Numbered from the stretch's first letter, positions 26,441 to 38,330 are shown. The stretch is 64,000 nt of DNA from Candidatus Latescibacterota bacterium (GCA_965205975.1 OZ242195.1:144202-208201); one strand, 5' to 3'. Notes: generated from the sequence alone by a model not told the origin. A program made the numbers and translations.

Positions 26441-29400
26441 TCAAATTAGGCTCTGCAACACATTTTTAGCCGATTCTAACCGCGATTGTGGTCCCTTGCC
26501 CATTAGCGCGACTTCGATTTTTGGCGGATCTCCCAGGGCAAATTCCAGGGGAAGTGGTGATTGTGTCACCATCCGTTCAATATCCGTTCGCATCAGCGGT
26601 TTGTCTGGCGACAGGGTCATTGTCATGATCTGTCCAATTTGCAACTGCGACAACCTGAGTTGGCGTGCCAAGATTTTGACCTGTAAGATGTCTAATAATG
26701 CAGCTGTGGGATCGGGCAAAGGTCCAAAGCGGTCCGCGAGTTCTTCCTCTATTGCCAGGACTTCCACAGTTTGCCGTATCTGGCCCAATCGCTGATAAAA
26801 CTGCATTTTTTGATCTGTATCCGGAATATAGTCGTCCGGAATATACGCCGAAACGGATATCTGTACATCTGGCTCAATCGCGGGTTCGGTCTCATCGCCC
26901 TTAATTTGCCGCACGGCTTCGTCCAGCAATCGCGTGTATAAATCAAATCCCACGGCTGCGATATGTCCGTGTTGCTGTGATCCAAGCAAGTTGCCCGTGC
27001 CCCGAATTTCCATATCCCGCATTGAAATGTGGAAACCCGATCCCAAATCCGAAAATTCTTCGATGGCCCGCAATCGCCTTACCGCTGGTTTTCTGAGTGC
27101 TTGCCACGACGGTACAAATAAATACGCATACGCCCGCTTATTCGATCGTCCCACCCGGCCGCGCAATTGATACAACTGCGCCAATCCGAGGCGATCTGCC
27201 CGATTTACGATTAGCGTGTTCGCGTTGGGAATGTCCAGTCCGGATTCCACGATCATGGTGGAGACCAGAACATCGTATTTGTGCTCGAAAAAGTCCATCA
27301 TCACTTTTTCGAGTTGCCGTTCGGGCATCTGGCCGTGTCCCATACCAAAACGCACCTGTGGCAATAGGCGAGTAAGAAAACCCATCATCGCGTGCATGGA
27401 CTGGACCCGATTGTGTACAAAATAAACCTGTCCATTGCGATCTACTTCCCGTAAGATCGCTTCGGCTATGCGGTCTTCTTCAAAGGCCAGCACTTCAGTC
27501 TGAATTGGCAATCGGTCTTTGGGCGGGGTTTGTATGACCGACATATCGCGTGCGCCCATCAGCGACATGTGCAGGGTGCGCGGAATTGGCGTGGCGGTGA
27601 GCGTCAATACATCCACCAGACGCCGCATTTCTTTTAATCGCTCTTTGTGCCGCACCCCAAAGCGGTGTTCTTCGTCTATGACCAGAAGGCCGAGGGATTT
27701 GAAGTTGACATCTTTTGACAATAACCGATGCGTACCTACTACAATATCTACGGTACCTTTCTTCATCGCCTCAAGAGTTCGCACTTGTTCGGCCCGCGTA
27801 CGGAAGCGGCTCAATACCGCTACATGGATGGGAAATTCGGAAAACCGTTCGCAGAATGTGCGATAATGTTGCTGCGCCAAAATGGTTGTGGGGGCGAGTA
27901 CTGCTACTTGTTTGCCATCTAAGATCGCCTTAAACGCCCCGCGAATCGCCACTTCTGTTTTGCCATATCCCACATCGCCACAGATCAACCGGTCCATGGC
28001 GGACTGTGTTTCCATATCTTTTCGCACGGCGTCAATCGCTTCTTGTTGATCTCGGGTTTCGCGATAGGGGAACGAGGCTTCCAATGCGTTCATTTCTGAT
28101 CCATCAGGTGAAAATGCCGTGCCCGGTTGCGCTTTGCGTTCGGCGTATAATGACACGAGTTCTGCTGCCATTTTGAATATCGCTTTGCGCGTCTTTTCCT
28201 TTAGTCTCTCCCATGCTACTGTACCCAATTTGCTCAATACGGGTACTGCGCCATCTTGTCCGGAATATTTTTGCACCTGATTCATCTGATCTACCGGCAC
28301 AAAAACCCGATCTCCATCCCGATATCCAACGGTCAGACAATCGTTGGCTATGCGGCCTATTTCAATTCGCTCCACGCCTTCAAATCGACCGATTCCATGA
28401 TCTACATGCACGACAAAATCGCCGCGCTGAAGAGCGGACACTGTCTTGATGGGCTGTGCATCTTGAAAGCGGCGATACCGTCGTCTGCGATGTACGCGGC
28501 TGTAAATTTCGTGGTCATTGATCAAAAAGACTTTGCCGAGACGGTATGTAAATCCGGATTGTAGTGTGCCCACATACAGGGAGACGATATCGGCACTTTC
28601 TTCCAGAATTTCTTCCAATCGCGCTTTTTGCCCATCACTTTCACAAAGAATGACCACTTCATAAGCGTCCAACCAGTACTTTCGCAAATCTTCTTTTAAT
28701 AGCTGTACATAGCCTTCGTAGTGTCGCCCACTCTGCCCACCTAATTCTACCACTTCTTCAGATATTCCTCCCAGTGCGCGGTTCAAGACCCGGGGCATGT
28801 GTTCCAGTTGCCGAAGCATGATTTCCGGTTGTCGGAGTACGCACCGCGCTGGCAGGGGTTCTGTTTCCGCCCGCCGTTTTTTTTGTCGCTGCGCGATTTG
28901 CTCACATGCGCGCCATGCGTTATCTGCGGCAGTAGCGATGCCATCCGGGTCATCGAGGACGAGCCAGGATCCTTCGGGCACGTAATCCAACAGGCCCGTT
29001 CTCTCGCCGTATAACACACTCAGGTAATGTTCCTGTCCTTCAAAAATGCCTTCGCGCTCCAATAAGTTTCGCACCTCGGGCAACTCAATGCATAGCTCCC
29101 GTTCTGCTATTTCCAGATTTTCCAAATAAATATCTGCCATTGTCAGCGGGAGTACGCTTTCCCGACATGGCAAAATTCGCGTTTCTTCCAATTGCGCGAT
29201 AGACCGCTGGGTGCTCAAATCAAATGCCCGGATAGACGAGATTTCATCGCCCCAAAATTCCAGCCTGACCGGGTGTGCATTGCCAAATGAACAAATATCC
29301 AGGATGCCGCCGCGCATCCCGAATTGCCCCACACCTTCTACAGTTGTTACCCGTTCGTATCCGATTTCCACCAGATGGTCCGCGAGATCTAAAGGGGAAA

Positions 29401-29848
29401 CTTCCTGCTCCAGACGAAGCGTTTTTACACTCAAGTCAAAGAGGTCTGGAGGTAAGGTGTGTCCCATCAGGGCTTCGATGGATGTGACCACAATGCCACC
29501 GGCTTTTCGGTGCAACTGATCCAGCGCCTCCATTCGCAATCCCACCACATCGAGATGCGGAGAACGCCCGTCAAAATGAGCTACATCCCAACTCGGAAAG
29601 TAGCCCACATGTTCTTCGTCTAATAGCCGTTCCAAATCATTGCGCAATGCCTCGGCGCGGTCCTCATCTGCACTTATGACGACTACCGGGCCAGGTACGG
29701 TTTCTTCAATCCACGCGATGGCAAATGCCGATAGCGATCCGGATCCTCCGCGCATGGTTACGACCCGCTCTCCCGATTCCAGTTTTTGCGATAGGTCCTT
29801 AAATGGCGTCGAGTTTTTGATTCTGTTGTACAATCTATCAACGGACAT
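26441..29848 (-). CDS. mfd: transcription-repair coupling factor
   Basis: Length 1135 aa. UvrB-homology N-terminus; RNAP-interacting domain; SF2 helicase motifs (LICGDVGYGKTEVA, DEEHRFGV, TATPIPRT); TRG motif. The ATG at 29848 encodes MSVDRLYN. Confidence 0.9.
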   Translation of the reverse strand: MSVDRLYNRIKNSTPFKDLSQKLESGERVVTMRGGSGSLSAFAIAWIEETVPGPVVVISADEDRAEALRNDLERLLDEEHVGYFPSWDVAHFDGRSPHLDVVGLRMEALDQLHRKAGGIVVTSIEALMGHTLPPDLFDLSVKTLRLEQEVSPLDLADHLVEIGYERVTTVEGVGQFGMRGGILDICSFGNAHPVRLEFWGDEISSIRAFDLSTQRSIAQLEETRILPCRESVLPLTMADIYLENLEIAERELCIELPEVRNLLEREGIFEGQEHYLSVLYGERTGLLDYVPEGSWLVLDDPDGIATAADNAWRACEQIAQRQKKRRAETEPLPARCVLRQPEIMLRQLEHMPRVLNRALGGISEEVVELGGQSGRHYEGYVQLLKEDLRKYWLDAYEVVILCESDGQKARLEEILEESADIVSLYVGTLQSGFTYRLGKVFLINDHEIYSRVHRRRRYRRFQDAQPIKTVSALQRGDFVVHVDHGIGRFEGVERIEIGRIANDCLTVGYRDGDRVFVPVDQMNQVQKYSGQDGAVPVLSKLGTVAWERLKEKTRKAIFKMAAELVSLYAERKAQPGTAFSPDGSEMNALEASFPYRETRDQQEAIDAVRKDMETQSAMDRLICGDVGYGKTEVAIRGAFKAILDGKQVAVLAPTTILAQQHYRTFCERFSEFPIHVAVLSRFRTRAEQVRTLEAMKKGTVDIVVGTHRLLSKDVNFKSLGLLVIDEEHRFGVRHKERLKEMRRLVDVLTLTATPIPRTLHMSLMGARDMSVIQTPPKDRLPIQTEVLAFEEDRIAEAILREVDRNGQVYFVHNRVQSMHAMMGFLTRLLPQVRFGMGHGQMPERQLEKVMMDFFEHKYDVLVSTMIVESGLDIPNANTLIVNRADRLGLAQLYQLRGRVGRSNKRAYAYLFVPSWQALRKPAVRRLRAIEEFSDLGSGFHISMRDMEIRGTGNLLGSQQHGHIAAVGFDLYTRLLDEAVRQIKGDETEPAIEPDVQISVSAYIPDDYIPDTDQKMQFYQRLGQIRQTVEVLAIEEELADRFGPLPDPTAALLDILQVKILARQLRLSQLQIGQIMTMTLSPDKPLMRTDIERMVTQSPLPLEFALGDPPKIEVALMGKGPQSRLESAKNVLQSLI

Positions 29849-29882
29849 AATTTTTAACTTTTCCTCCCAAACAGTACACGCC

Positions 29883-29917
29883 AAAAAGCTCGACACATTG
29901 TATGCGTCGAGCTTTTT
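29883..29917 (-). terminator. rho-independent terminator downstream of tRNA-Asp
   Basis: Perfect 12-bp stem aaaaagctcgac / gtcgagcttttt with an 11-nt loop. T-runs lie on both sides, so it can act bidirectionally. Confidence 0.7.
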
Positions 29918-29924
29918 GGCAAAA

Positions 29925-30002
29925 TGGCGGGGTAGACGGGGCTCGAACCCGCGACCACCGGCGTGACAGGCCGGTACTCTAACCAGACTGAGCTACTACC
30001 CC
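29925..30002 (-). tRNA. tRNA-Asp (GTC)
   Basis: GGGGTAGTAGCTCAGTCTGGTTAGAGTACCGGCCTGTCACGCCGGTGGTCGCGGGTTCGAGCCCCGTCTACCCCGCCA folds into a cloverleaf with a 7-bp acceptor stem, anticodon loop CTGTCAC and an encoded CCA. Confidence 0.9.
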
Positions 30003-30234
30003 AATGTGTAAAACAATCTTCAAAATTCCATGAAGGACCGAAAATTTAACAAGGTGTCTTTGCAGTGTCAAGCAAATTTAACAAATCACAGAGTAATCAA
30101 CGGACAAGCCTCAAACTAACTATCTTTCAGCATAACAATTCACTATTTGTGTGCACCTTACTTGAGAATTGCGTAATATCAGTATCTTATTATGTTAAGA
30201 CGATTTTGCGCCAAAACTCTCAAAGGAGAATTTT

Positions 30235-33200
30235 ATGACTCGACGCGATGCTGTATGGGTTGTTTGCTTCCTGATCGCAGGTGCGCTCGGTCTCACCTGT
30301 TATATCCAGTTTTTTGACCGCGCGCAGCCCGTTGCCTCGCTCAATTTTCGCGTGGATCGCGAACAAGCACATCAGGCTGCCGAGGCGTATCTTCACCGCC
30401 TGGGTTACGATCTCACAGATTATGAAAGTGCTCAGGTTTTCTCTTACTCCAGTCTGCCCCAGGTCTTTCTCGAACGCACCCTGGGCCTTGAGGAAGCCAA
30501 CCGCCTCGTGCGCGAATGGGTCTCGGTATGGTACTGGAACATCCGCTGGTTTAAGCCGCTTCAAAAAGAAGAACTCCGCGTGCGTATTGATCCCGGCGGA
30601 AGAATTGTAGGGTTTACGCACAGCATTCTCGAATCTGACGAAGGCGCGAGTCTTTCAGAAGAAGATGCCCGTGTTATTGCGGAGGTTTTTTTGACCGATG
30701 TGCAGGGCTTTCAACTCGATGATTACGAATCCATCGAAGCGTCGAGTATTGAGCGTCCCAATCGGATGGATCACACCTTTACTTATCGAAAAAAAGATTT
30801 TGTCTTGGGCGATGATGGGCACTACCGTTTGAGCGTTACGGTTAAGGGTGATAAAGCAGGCTATTTTGCCGAATACCTCAAAGTGCCCGAAACATTTTCG
30901 CGCAATTATCGAGAAATTCGCTCGCGTGCGGGCTTACTTACAAATATTGCTTCGATTTTCTTTTTCGCACTGGGCATTGCAATGGTTGTCGTGCTCGTGC
31001 GAAAATATCGCCAGCACACATTGATATGGCGCGCTGCTCTCGCCGTAGGCATTCTCGTAGCCGCCACCAGTTTCCTCGGTGTCATCAATGGCTACCCGCT
31101 TACGCGCTTCGGTTACGATACCACGCAGTCATTTGTTTCCTTTATTCTTACCTTTATCTTCGGCGGTCTGTTGAGTGCCGTGCTCAGCGGGATTATTATC
31201 GCGCTGTCCGGCGCAGCCGGGGGGGCTGCCGCTCAGGATGTAGAAGGCTGGAAAAATCCACTCGCGCGACTGTCTCTGCGCGGCTGGCGATCGGCGAATT
31301 TTGCGCGCATTACCCTCATCGGTTACGGACTTGCATTTGCACACCTGGGATATGTCACCATCTTTTATATTTTGGGCAATGACTATCTGGGGGTCTGGTC
31401 TCCCGCGGCGATGACACAGTACAGCAATACGTATAGCACATACTTGCCGTGGATCTATCCTTTGCTTATCGGTCTCCTCGCCGCAACTATGGAAGAGTTT
31501 TTCTTTCGCCTGCTCGCCATTTCCCTGCTCATCCGGTATTTAAAAAGCACCTGGTTGGCCGTTCTCATCCCCGCGATTATATGGGCTTTTTTGCATGCGA
31601 ATTATCCGCAGGAGCCTATTTATATTCGCGGTCTTGAACTCACCGTAGTAGGGGTCATATTTGGTATTGTGTTTTTGCGCTACGGTGTTTGGGCAACCAT
31701 TATTTCGCATTATGTGTACAATTGCTTTCTCGGCATTTACCCGATGGTGCAGTCCGATAGTCTCTACTTCAAGGTCTCGGGCATTCTGGCGGTCGCGATT
31801 ATTTTTATTCCGGCCATTCCCGCTATTTTTGGTGTGATCACAGGGCGGTATAAAGAGGTAGAGGGGCCTGAAGAGGTGGCTCCCCCTGAGCTGCCAGAGG
31901 ATACAGCACCTGAAACAGCAATGCCCGAATCCGAACCACCCTCTGAACCCGAGGTCGAACGCAAAACCCCTTCGGATTATCTCATTCCCAAGAGTGGTCT
32001 CGTCGTTTTTGGCGTTCTGGGTCTGATCGGTTGGTCCGTGTATTTCATGTCCGACCTTCCGGGATTTGCCAAATACGCCCGCGAGTCCATTATCACGCGA
32101 GCCGAGGCGATTGAGAAGGCAGAGGATATCCGGCGTCAACTCGGACTCGATCTCGAAGGCTATCAACGCACCACATCGTTTTCCAGCAGTTTTAGATCCG
32201 GCCATTTTACACATCTCATCCGAAATGTCGATCTGGCGCGTGCAGATACGCTCGCTGCCGAGCACACAGCCTCCTGGCGCTGGAGGGTGCGATGGTTCAA
32301 ACCTCTGGAAAAGGAAGAAATCACCATCAGTATTGATGGCAATGGCGATTTTTGCCGCATATCGCATTATGTTCCCGAAAGTCGGGAGGGCGCAGAACTC
32401 AGTACGGAAGAAGCGCAAAAGATCGCCGGGGCTTTTCTGTCCGAATACTTACAGCGCGATGTGACAGATCCCGCACTTTACAAACGCCTTGAAGCCCGCT
32501 CGCAAAAGCGCGAAAACCGAATGGACCATAGCTTTGTGTGGGAGCGTACAGATATCAAAGTTGAAGAAGGAGAATTTCGTATTATCGCCTCTGTGCAGGG
32601 CGATCAGATTGGGCATGCATATAAAGCCTACAAAGCACCCGAAGAGTTTTTGCGCAAATTGCGAGAACGCACGGCCAAAAGTACGATTGTTTCTACTGTC
32701 TCGACAATCGCAGTTCTTGCCACCGCTGTGCTCGCCATTATTTTCTTTTTGCGCGCTTATCGCGATGGACATGTCAACTGGCAATTGCCCATTCGTGTTG
32801 GCATTCTGGCTGGTCTGTGTTTTTTCTTCGAAAGACTCAATAATCTACCTGTGTTCTATAGAGGTTATAATACCAGTGAAGCGATGAGTACCTTTCTCGG
32901 CGGTGAACTCATTGGTCTCGTCATAGATCTTGTTATTGCTGCGATTATGGCTTTTTTATTATGTGCATTTGGCGATACGATGTATCGCCGCGAACGCCCC
33001 CAAGAGATGCAAATTTCCGATTGGATCGATGTGCTTCGTTTGAAGATAAATAGCACAGCACTCTGGTGGCAGATTGTCTTTCTCGCTATCTGCTATTTTG
33101 GGATTACCAGAGGTAACAGTATTTTTTCGTCTTATGTCACCCTCACCTATCTCGGCGACTACCTCGGTGCGGGTGGTGGTGCGCCTCCCGAAATCAACAG

Positions 33201-33633
33201 CTATTTCCCCGCATTTGGCGAACTCATTGATGAAGTTGGCAGTATGCTCATAGCTCCCTTTGCCATTCTGGGTATTCTGTTTGTCTGGTGGCGTGTGATA
33301 GGCAAGATAAATCTGCTGATTCTCGGCGTAGTGCTCGTGCTTATCTTTCAATCTGTGGTCTCTCCAGCGAAAGACTTTTACCACGCAGGTATTCTTCTCG
33401 CTAAAAGCATTCCATATTGGATACTTATGGCTTTCCTCATTTTGAAATATATTCGCTTTAACTTTCTCTTTTACGCCGTAACCCTCTGGTGTTCAATTAT
33501 TTTTGTTGGCGTTCGCTATCTCAAATACGATCCCAGTATTTACCAGATCAATGGCATTCTCATGATTCTTTTTGGCTGCGTTCCCCTCATTCTCGCCGTT
33601 CTGGCCTGGTACAAAGCGCGATCTACGGCGTAA
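30235..33633 (+). CDS. 1132-aa membrane protein: tandem duplication of [extracytoplasmic domain + multi-TM CPBP (CAAX/Abi) intramembrane protease domain], second copy degenerate
   Basis: Copy 1 carries the CPBP motifs EEFFFR (EExxxR), AFLHA (FxxxH) and SHYVYN (HxxxN). The extracytoplasmic modules are homologous (WYWNIRWFKPLQKEELRVRIDPGGRIVGFTHSILESDEGASLSEEDARVIAEVFL against WRWRVRWFKPLEKEEITISIDGNGDFCRISHYVPESREGAELSTEEAQKIAGAFL). The second TM block keeps FYHA but reads GELIDEV where EExxxR would be and has no HxxxN. The two halves are joined by an acidic, Pro-rich linker. An AAGGAG RBS is present. Confidence 0.7.
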   Translation: MTRRDAVWVVCFLIAGALGLTCYIQFFDRAQPVASLNFRVDREQAHQAAEAYLHRLGYDLTDYESAQVFSYSSLPQVFLERTLGLEEANRLVREWVSVWYWNIRWFKPLQKEELRVRIDPGGRIVGFTHSILESDEGASLSEEDARVIAEVFLTDVQGFQLDDYESIEASSIERPNRMDHTFTYRKKDFVLGDDGHYRLSVTVKGDKAGYFAEYLKVPETFSRNYREIRSRAGLLTNIASIFFFALGIAMVVVLVRKYRQHTLIWRAALAVGILVAATSFLGVINGYPLTRFGYDTTQSFVSFILTFIFGGLLSAVLSGIIIALSGAAGGAAAQDVEGWKNPLARLSLRGWRSANFARITLIGYGLAFAHLGYVTIFYILGNDYLGVWSPAAMTQYSNTYSTYLPWIYPLLIGLLAATMEEFFFRLLAISLLIRYLKSTWLAVLIPAIIWAFLHANYPQEPIYIRGLELTVVGVIFGIVFLRYGVWATIISHYVYNCFLGIYPMVQSDSLYFKVSGILAVAIIFIPAIPAIFGVITGRYKEVEGPEEVAPPELPEDTAPETAMPESEPPSEPEVERKTPSDYLIPKSGLVVFGVLGLIGWSVYFMSDLPGFAKYARESIITRAEAIEKAEDIRRQLGLDLEGYQRTTSFSSSFRSGHFTHLIRNVDLARADTLAAEHTASWRWRVRWFKPLEKEEITISIDGNGDFCRISHYVPESREGAELSTEEAQKIAGAFLSEYLQRDVTDPALYKRLEARSQKRENRMDHSFVWERTDIKVEEGEFRIIASVQGDQIGHAYKAYKAPEEFLRKLRERTAKSTIVSTVSTIAVLATAVLAIIFFLRAYRDGHVNWQLPIRVGILAGLCFFFERLNNLPVFYRGYNTSEAMSTFLGGELIGLVIDLVIAAIMAFLLCAFGDTMYRRERPQEMQISDWIDVLRLKINSTALWWQIVFLAICYFGITRGNSIFSSYVTLTYLGDYLGAGGGAPPEINSYFPAFGELIDEVGSMLIAPFAILGILFVWWRVIGKINLLILGVVLVLIFQSVVSPAKDFYHAGILLAKSIPYWILMAFLILKYIRFNFLFYAVTLWCSIIFVGVRYLKYDPSIYQINGILMILFGCVPLILAVLAWYKARSTA

Positions 33634-33647
33634 ATTTGGAGGTATCT

Positions 33648-34862
33648 GTGACTCCTATCTGCACTGCCTGGCAGACTTCAGTAGAGGAGGAGGCTTACTG
33701 GCAGTCGATTCGCAAGCAGTACATGATTGCGCCAGATGAAGTTTATCTCAATACTGGCTCTTTTGGTTCGCAGCCCAGGCCCGTGTTTGAGAAGATGCTG
33801 GAAATATTGGAGGATGTTGAACGCAATCCTACGCGACATCGGGCGGAATACAACAGCGTTGTAGATAACTCTCGTGCCCACCTGGCAGCGTTTGTCAATG
33901 CGCCGGCAGAGGATATTGCTTTTGCCACCAATGTCACTATGGCTATCAACATGGTTGTGCATGGTCTGGATTGGCGGCCAGGCGATGAAATTCTGGCTTC
34001 AAATCAGGAATACGGCGCGATTGACAACTGTCTGCATCTGGCTGAACGCCGCTATGGCGTGGTGGTCAAGCGTGCCGAAATTCCCATTCCTCCCGAACAT
34101 CCCGAAGATATTCTGAACGCTTTTGAGGCTGAATTTACAGATCGTACAAGGCTGGTTTTTTGCAGCCATATTACCACTCGTACTGGTTTGATCACTCCGA
34201 TTAAAGCGCTGACCCGACTGGTACACGACCGCGGTGCGCTAATTGCAGTAGATGGCGCGCATGCCCCGGGGATGATCCCGCTGGATCTGCAGGACCTCGG
34301 TTGCGATTTTTACGGCGGCAACTGTCACAAATGGCTCTGTGCACCCAAAGGCACTGGTTTGCTTTATGCATCATCTTCAATGCAAGAGCGACTCAATCAC
34401 GTCGTTGTGAGTTGGGGATATAGCCAAGAAGGCGCGAAGAGAGGGGCAGACGGCATTCTGCGTATCAATGACCGTCCGTTTATGTGGGGGATTGAGAACT
34501 GGGGCACCCGAGATCAGGCGTGTTTTGCGGCTGTAGGGGCAGCGGTTGAATTTCAAGAGGCGGTTGGCAAAGATCGGATTCGAGAACGGGGGCAACAACT
34601 GGCGGCGTACCTGCGAGGTCGTTTGGCTGCAACTGGCTGGGCAAAACAGCTCACGCCTTCCGTGCCAGCTCTATCCGGATCGATCTCGGCTTTCCATCTT
34701 TCTGGATTCGACGATCTGGATCTTTATGAGCGATACCGGATCACTGTGCCGACTGCAAAGAGCGATGATGTTTACTGGATCCGCGTTTCTACCCATATTT
34801 GCAATGGCTTTGACCATGTAGATCGTCTGATAGATGCTTTACGCGAAGAGAGAAATGCCTGA
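33648..34862 (+). CDS. class V PLP-dependent aminotransferase (cysteine desulfurase / isopenicillin-N epimerase-like)
   Basis: MIAPDEVYLNTGSFGSQPRPVFEKM ... CSHITTRTGLITPIKAL ... GGNCHKWLCAPKGTG. The PLP-lysine is in HKW. The start is a GTG at 33648 with a GGAGGT RBS, 15 nt after the upstream stop. Confidence 0.7.
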   Translation: MTPICTAWQTSVEEEAYWQSIRKQYMIAPDEVYLNTGSFGSQPRPVFEKMLEILEDVERNPTRHRAEYNSVVDNSRAHLAAFVNAPAEDIAFATNVTMAINMVVHGLDWRPGDEILASNQEYGAIDNCLHLAERRYGVVVKRAEIPIPPEHPEDILNAFEAEFTDRTRLVFCSHITTRTGLITPIKALTRLVHDRGALIAVDGAHAPGMIPLDLQDLGCDFYGGNCHKWLCAPKGTGLLYASSSMQERLNHVVVSWGYSQEGAKRGADGILRINDRPFMWGIENWGTRDQACFAAVGAAVEFQEAVGKDRIRERGQQLAAYLRGRLAATGWAKQLTPSVPALSGSISAFHLSGFDDLDLYERYRITVPTAKSDDVYWIRVSTHICNGFDHVDRLIDALREERNA

Positions 34863-34874
34863 ATTGTTTTGTGT

Positions 34875-36668
34875 TTAAGAATTTACCTCGCGGAATCCTT
34901 TGGGCAAATCTTCTCCTTTCACAAGTGCGGCCTTCAATGCGCGTGAGTGCTGACAATTTCCTCTGTATTGAAATCCGCGGCAGGCACAGGACACGTCGTT
35001 TCCATCTACTTCTAATTCGTAAAAAGCCCCCGGTCGTGACGAACTTTCCGCGCGATACTTTGCAATTTTGGGTCCACTCAATACTCGTGCCAAAATCTCA
35101 ATAGCTTCTTGAGATGGTTGTTGTCGTTCAACTGGTTTACCTGTGCCAAATGCCTCTGCGTGCGTTTCCCGAAAGGCCGCGCTTGCCTCGCGCAATACAT
35201 CGCCCATTTTCGTCCCGTCCATATTTGCAGATAAAGCATCTACTCCGGGTTGCAATACATCCATAATGCGTCGCATTTCACCCATCACGTCACGATGGAA
35301 ATCTTCGGGTAGCGCGCTGCCTTCCACCATCTGATCGATCAAATTCGCTTTTGTTTCCAATACTGTGCGCACAAATGTATCAACTGTATCGCGTCCAACC
35401 ATGTACGTCACATTTACCGTACCGGTCTGACCAATGCGATAAGCCCGGTCTTCGGCTTGCCAGTGATTAACCGGTACCCAGTCCAGGTCGTTAAAAATGA
35501 CCTGGCGAGCTGCTGTCAGGTTTAGCCCCACGCCGCCTGCTGTGATATTTGCCAGTAATAATCGCACGTCATCGTCTTCCTGAAACCGATCCGCCCTTTC
35601 TTGCCGTTGTGCTACCGGCACTTCACCTGTAATGACCACGGCCTGGTCGCCAAATTTTGTTTTTAAAATTTCCAGTGGGCGCAAGAAGCACGAAAATACT
35701 ATCGCTTTTTCTCCTTGATCCACCACATTTTCTACAAAGGGCAATGTCGTTCGCACTTTGGATGTCGCCAGGCGAAGCCTTGCTCTTGTCAACTGTCCCA
35801 GCGCCTGCCCCCGTTCTTCAGATGAAGGGGATTCTTCTAAAGTCTCTCGCACTCCTCGTCGAGAATATTTCCGCAGGAGATCCAGAACGGCTGTGCTCAT
35901 TCGATGTGCGACCCGACTCGATACATCCACATCTAACCACGTCCGTATTTTGGGTGGCAAATCCAGGACCTGATTCTTTGTCCGCCGCAGCATTATTCCG
36001 TGCAAATGTACGGTTAATTCTTCGATATTACTCGCGCCATCTGTTATCCAGCCATATTCCCCCTTATGCGCATCGCAATACCGTTTTGCAAACCCCATAA
36101 AGCTGCGTCCCAGAGCGTGTCGAGCAAGTTGTAGCAATGGGAATAGATCTCTTGGCCGACTCGTCAGGGGGGTGCCTGTCAAGATATGCACCACTGTTTC
36201 TTCGGGTAATTGCTTTACCAGTTGCATGGAAAATTTGTGCCGCTGACTGCGGTGGTTTTTCAAATAATGCGCCTCGTCAAAGACAACGCCTTTCCAGTCC
36301 AGCGCGCATAATGTATTGATGTGCTTGCCCAGGATATCGTAATTGACAATCGCCCAGCCTTTAAACCCCGACCCGGGTGGATCGTCCGGTCCAATAATCC
36401 ATGTCTGTACACGCGGTAGAACAACCGCAATTTCTCTCGCCCAATTGCGTTTTACTGTTGCCGGACAAATCACCAGATACGGTCCTTTGGGTTCGGTTTG
36501 TGACATGGCAATCACGGACTGCCGCGTTTTGCCCAGTCCCATGTCATCGGCTAAGATCGATCGCCGCCGCCCCATCAAAAACGCGATGCCCTCTACTTGA
36601 TGTGGATAAAGTCCTTTGGCGATATCTGTTGCACGGTTGAGTATTGCTGTATCGAATGTTTCTGCCAT
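34875..36668 (-). CDS. SNF2-family helicase with a C-terminal SWIM zinc finger
   Basis: Helicase motif I ADDMGLGKTRQSVIAM, motif II DEAHYLKN and C-terminal helicase motifs. The C-terminus has a CxCx(n)CxH SWIM-type finger (VSCACRGFQYRGNCQHSRAL). The start is MAETFDT at 36668. Confidence 0.75.
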   Translation of the reverse strand: MAETFDTAILNRATDIAKGLYPHQVEGIAFLMGRRRSILADDMGLGKTRQSVIAMSQTEPKGPYLVICPATVKRNWAREIAVVLPRVQTWIIGPDDPPGSGFKGWAIVNYDILGKHINTLCALDWKGVVFDEAHYLKNHRSQRHKFSMQLVKQLPEETVVHILTGTPLTSRPRDLFPLLQLARHALGRSFMGFAKRYCDAHKGEYGWITDGASNIEELTVHLHGIMLRRTKNQVLDLPPKIRTWLDVDVSSRVAHRMSTAVLDLLRKYSRRGVRETLEESPSSEERGQALGQLTRARLRLATSKVRTTLPFVENVVDQGEKAIVFSCFLRPLEILKTKFGDQAVVITGEVPVAQRQERADRFQEDDDVRLLLANITAGGVGLNLTAARQVIFNDLDWVPVNHWQAEDRAYRIGQTGTVNVTYMVGRDTVDTFVRTVLETKANLIDQMVEGSALPEDFHRDVMGEMRRIMDVLQPGVDALSANMDGTKMGDVLREASAAFRETHAEAFGTGKPVERQQPSQEAIEILARVLSGPKIAKYRAESSSRPGAFYELEVDGNDVSCACRGFQYRGNCQHSRALKAALVKGEDLPKGFREVNS

Positions 36669-36767
36669 AGAGATGACCGGTTTAGTGAATTTAGTTGCTT
36701 TTAATAGAAGTCTTTTCTTTTTTAAATATAGTTTATACTTTGCTTTTTGCAATCGGCAAACTATTAA

Positions 36768-38267
<1,500 letters not shown>

Positions 38268-38292
38268 GCTGTCTGTTTTACGTACATGACAA

Positions 38293-38330
38293 AGCGCTGT
38301 GCAGAATGACCTGCACAGCGCTTTTTTTAA
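38293..38330. terminator. bidirectional rho-independent terminator between ilvC and the RND pump gene
   Basis: Stem aaagcgctgtgcag / ctgcacagcgcttt with loop aatgac, followed by TTTTTTT on the plus strand and preceded by an A-run. Confidence 0.7.

Noticed and set aside
31540-32418. 292-aa minus-strand ORF inside the CPBP gene
   Set aside because: It is antisense to a gene with clear TM and catalytic motifs, and it has no RBS or domain signature.
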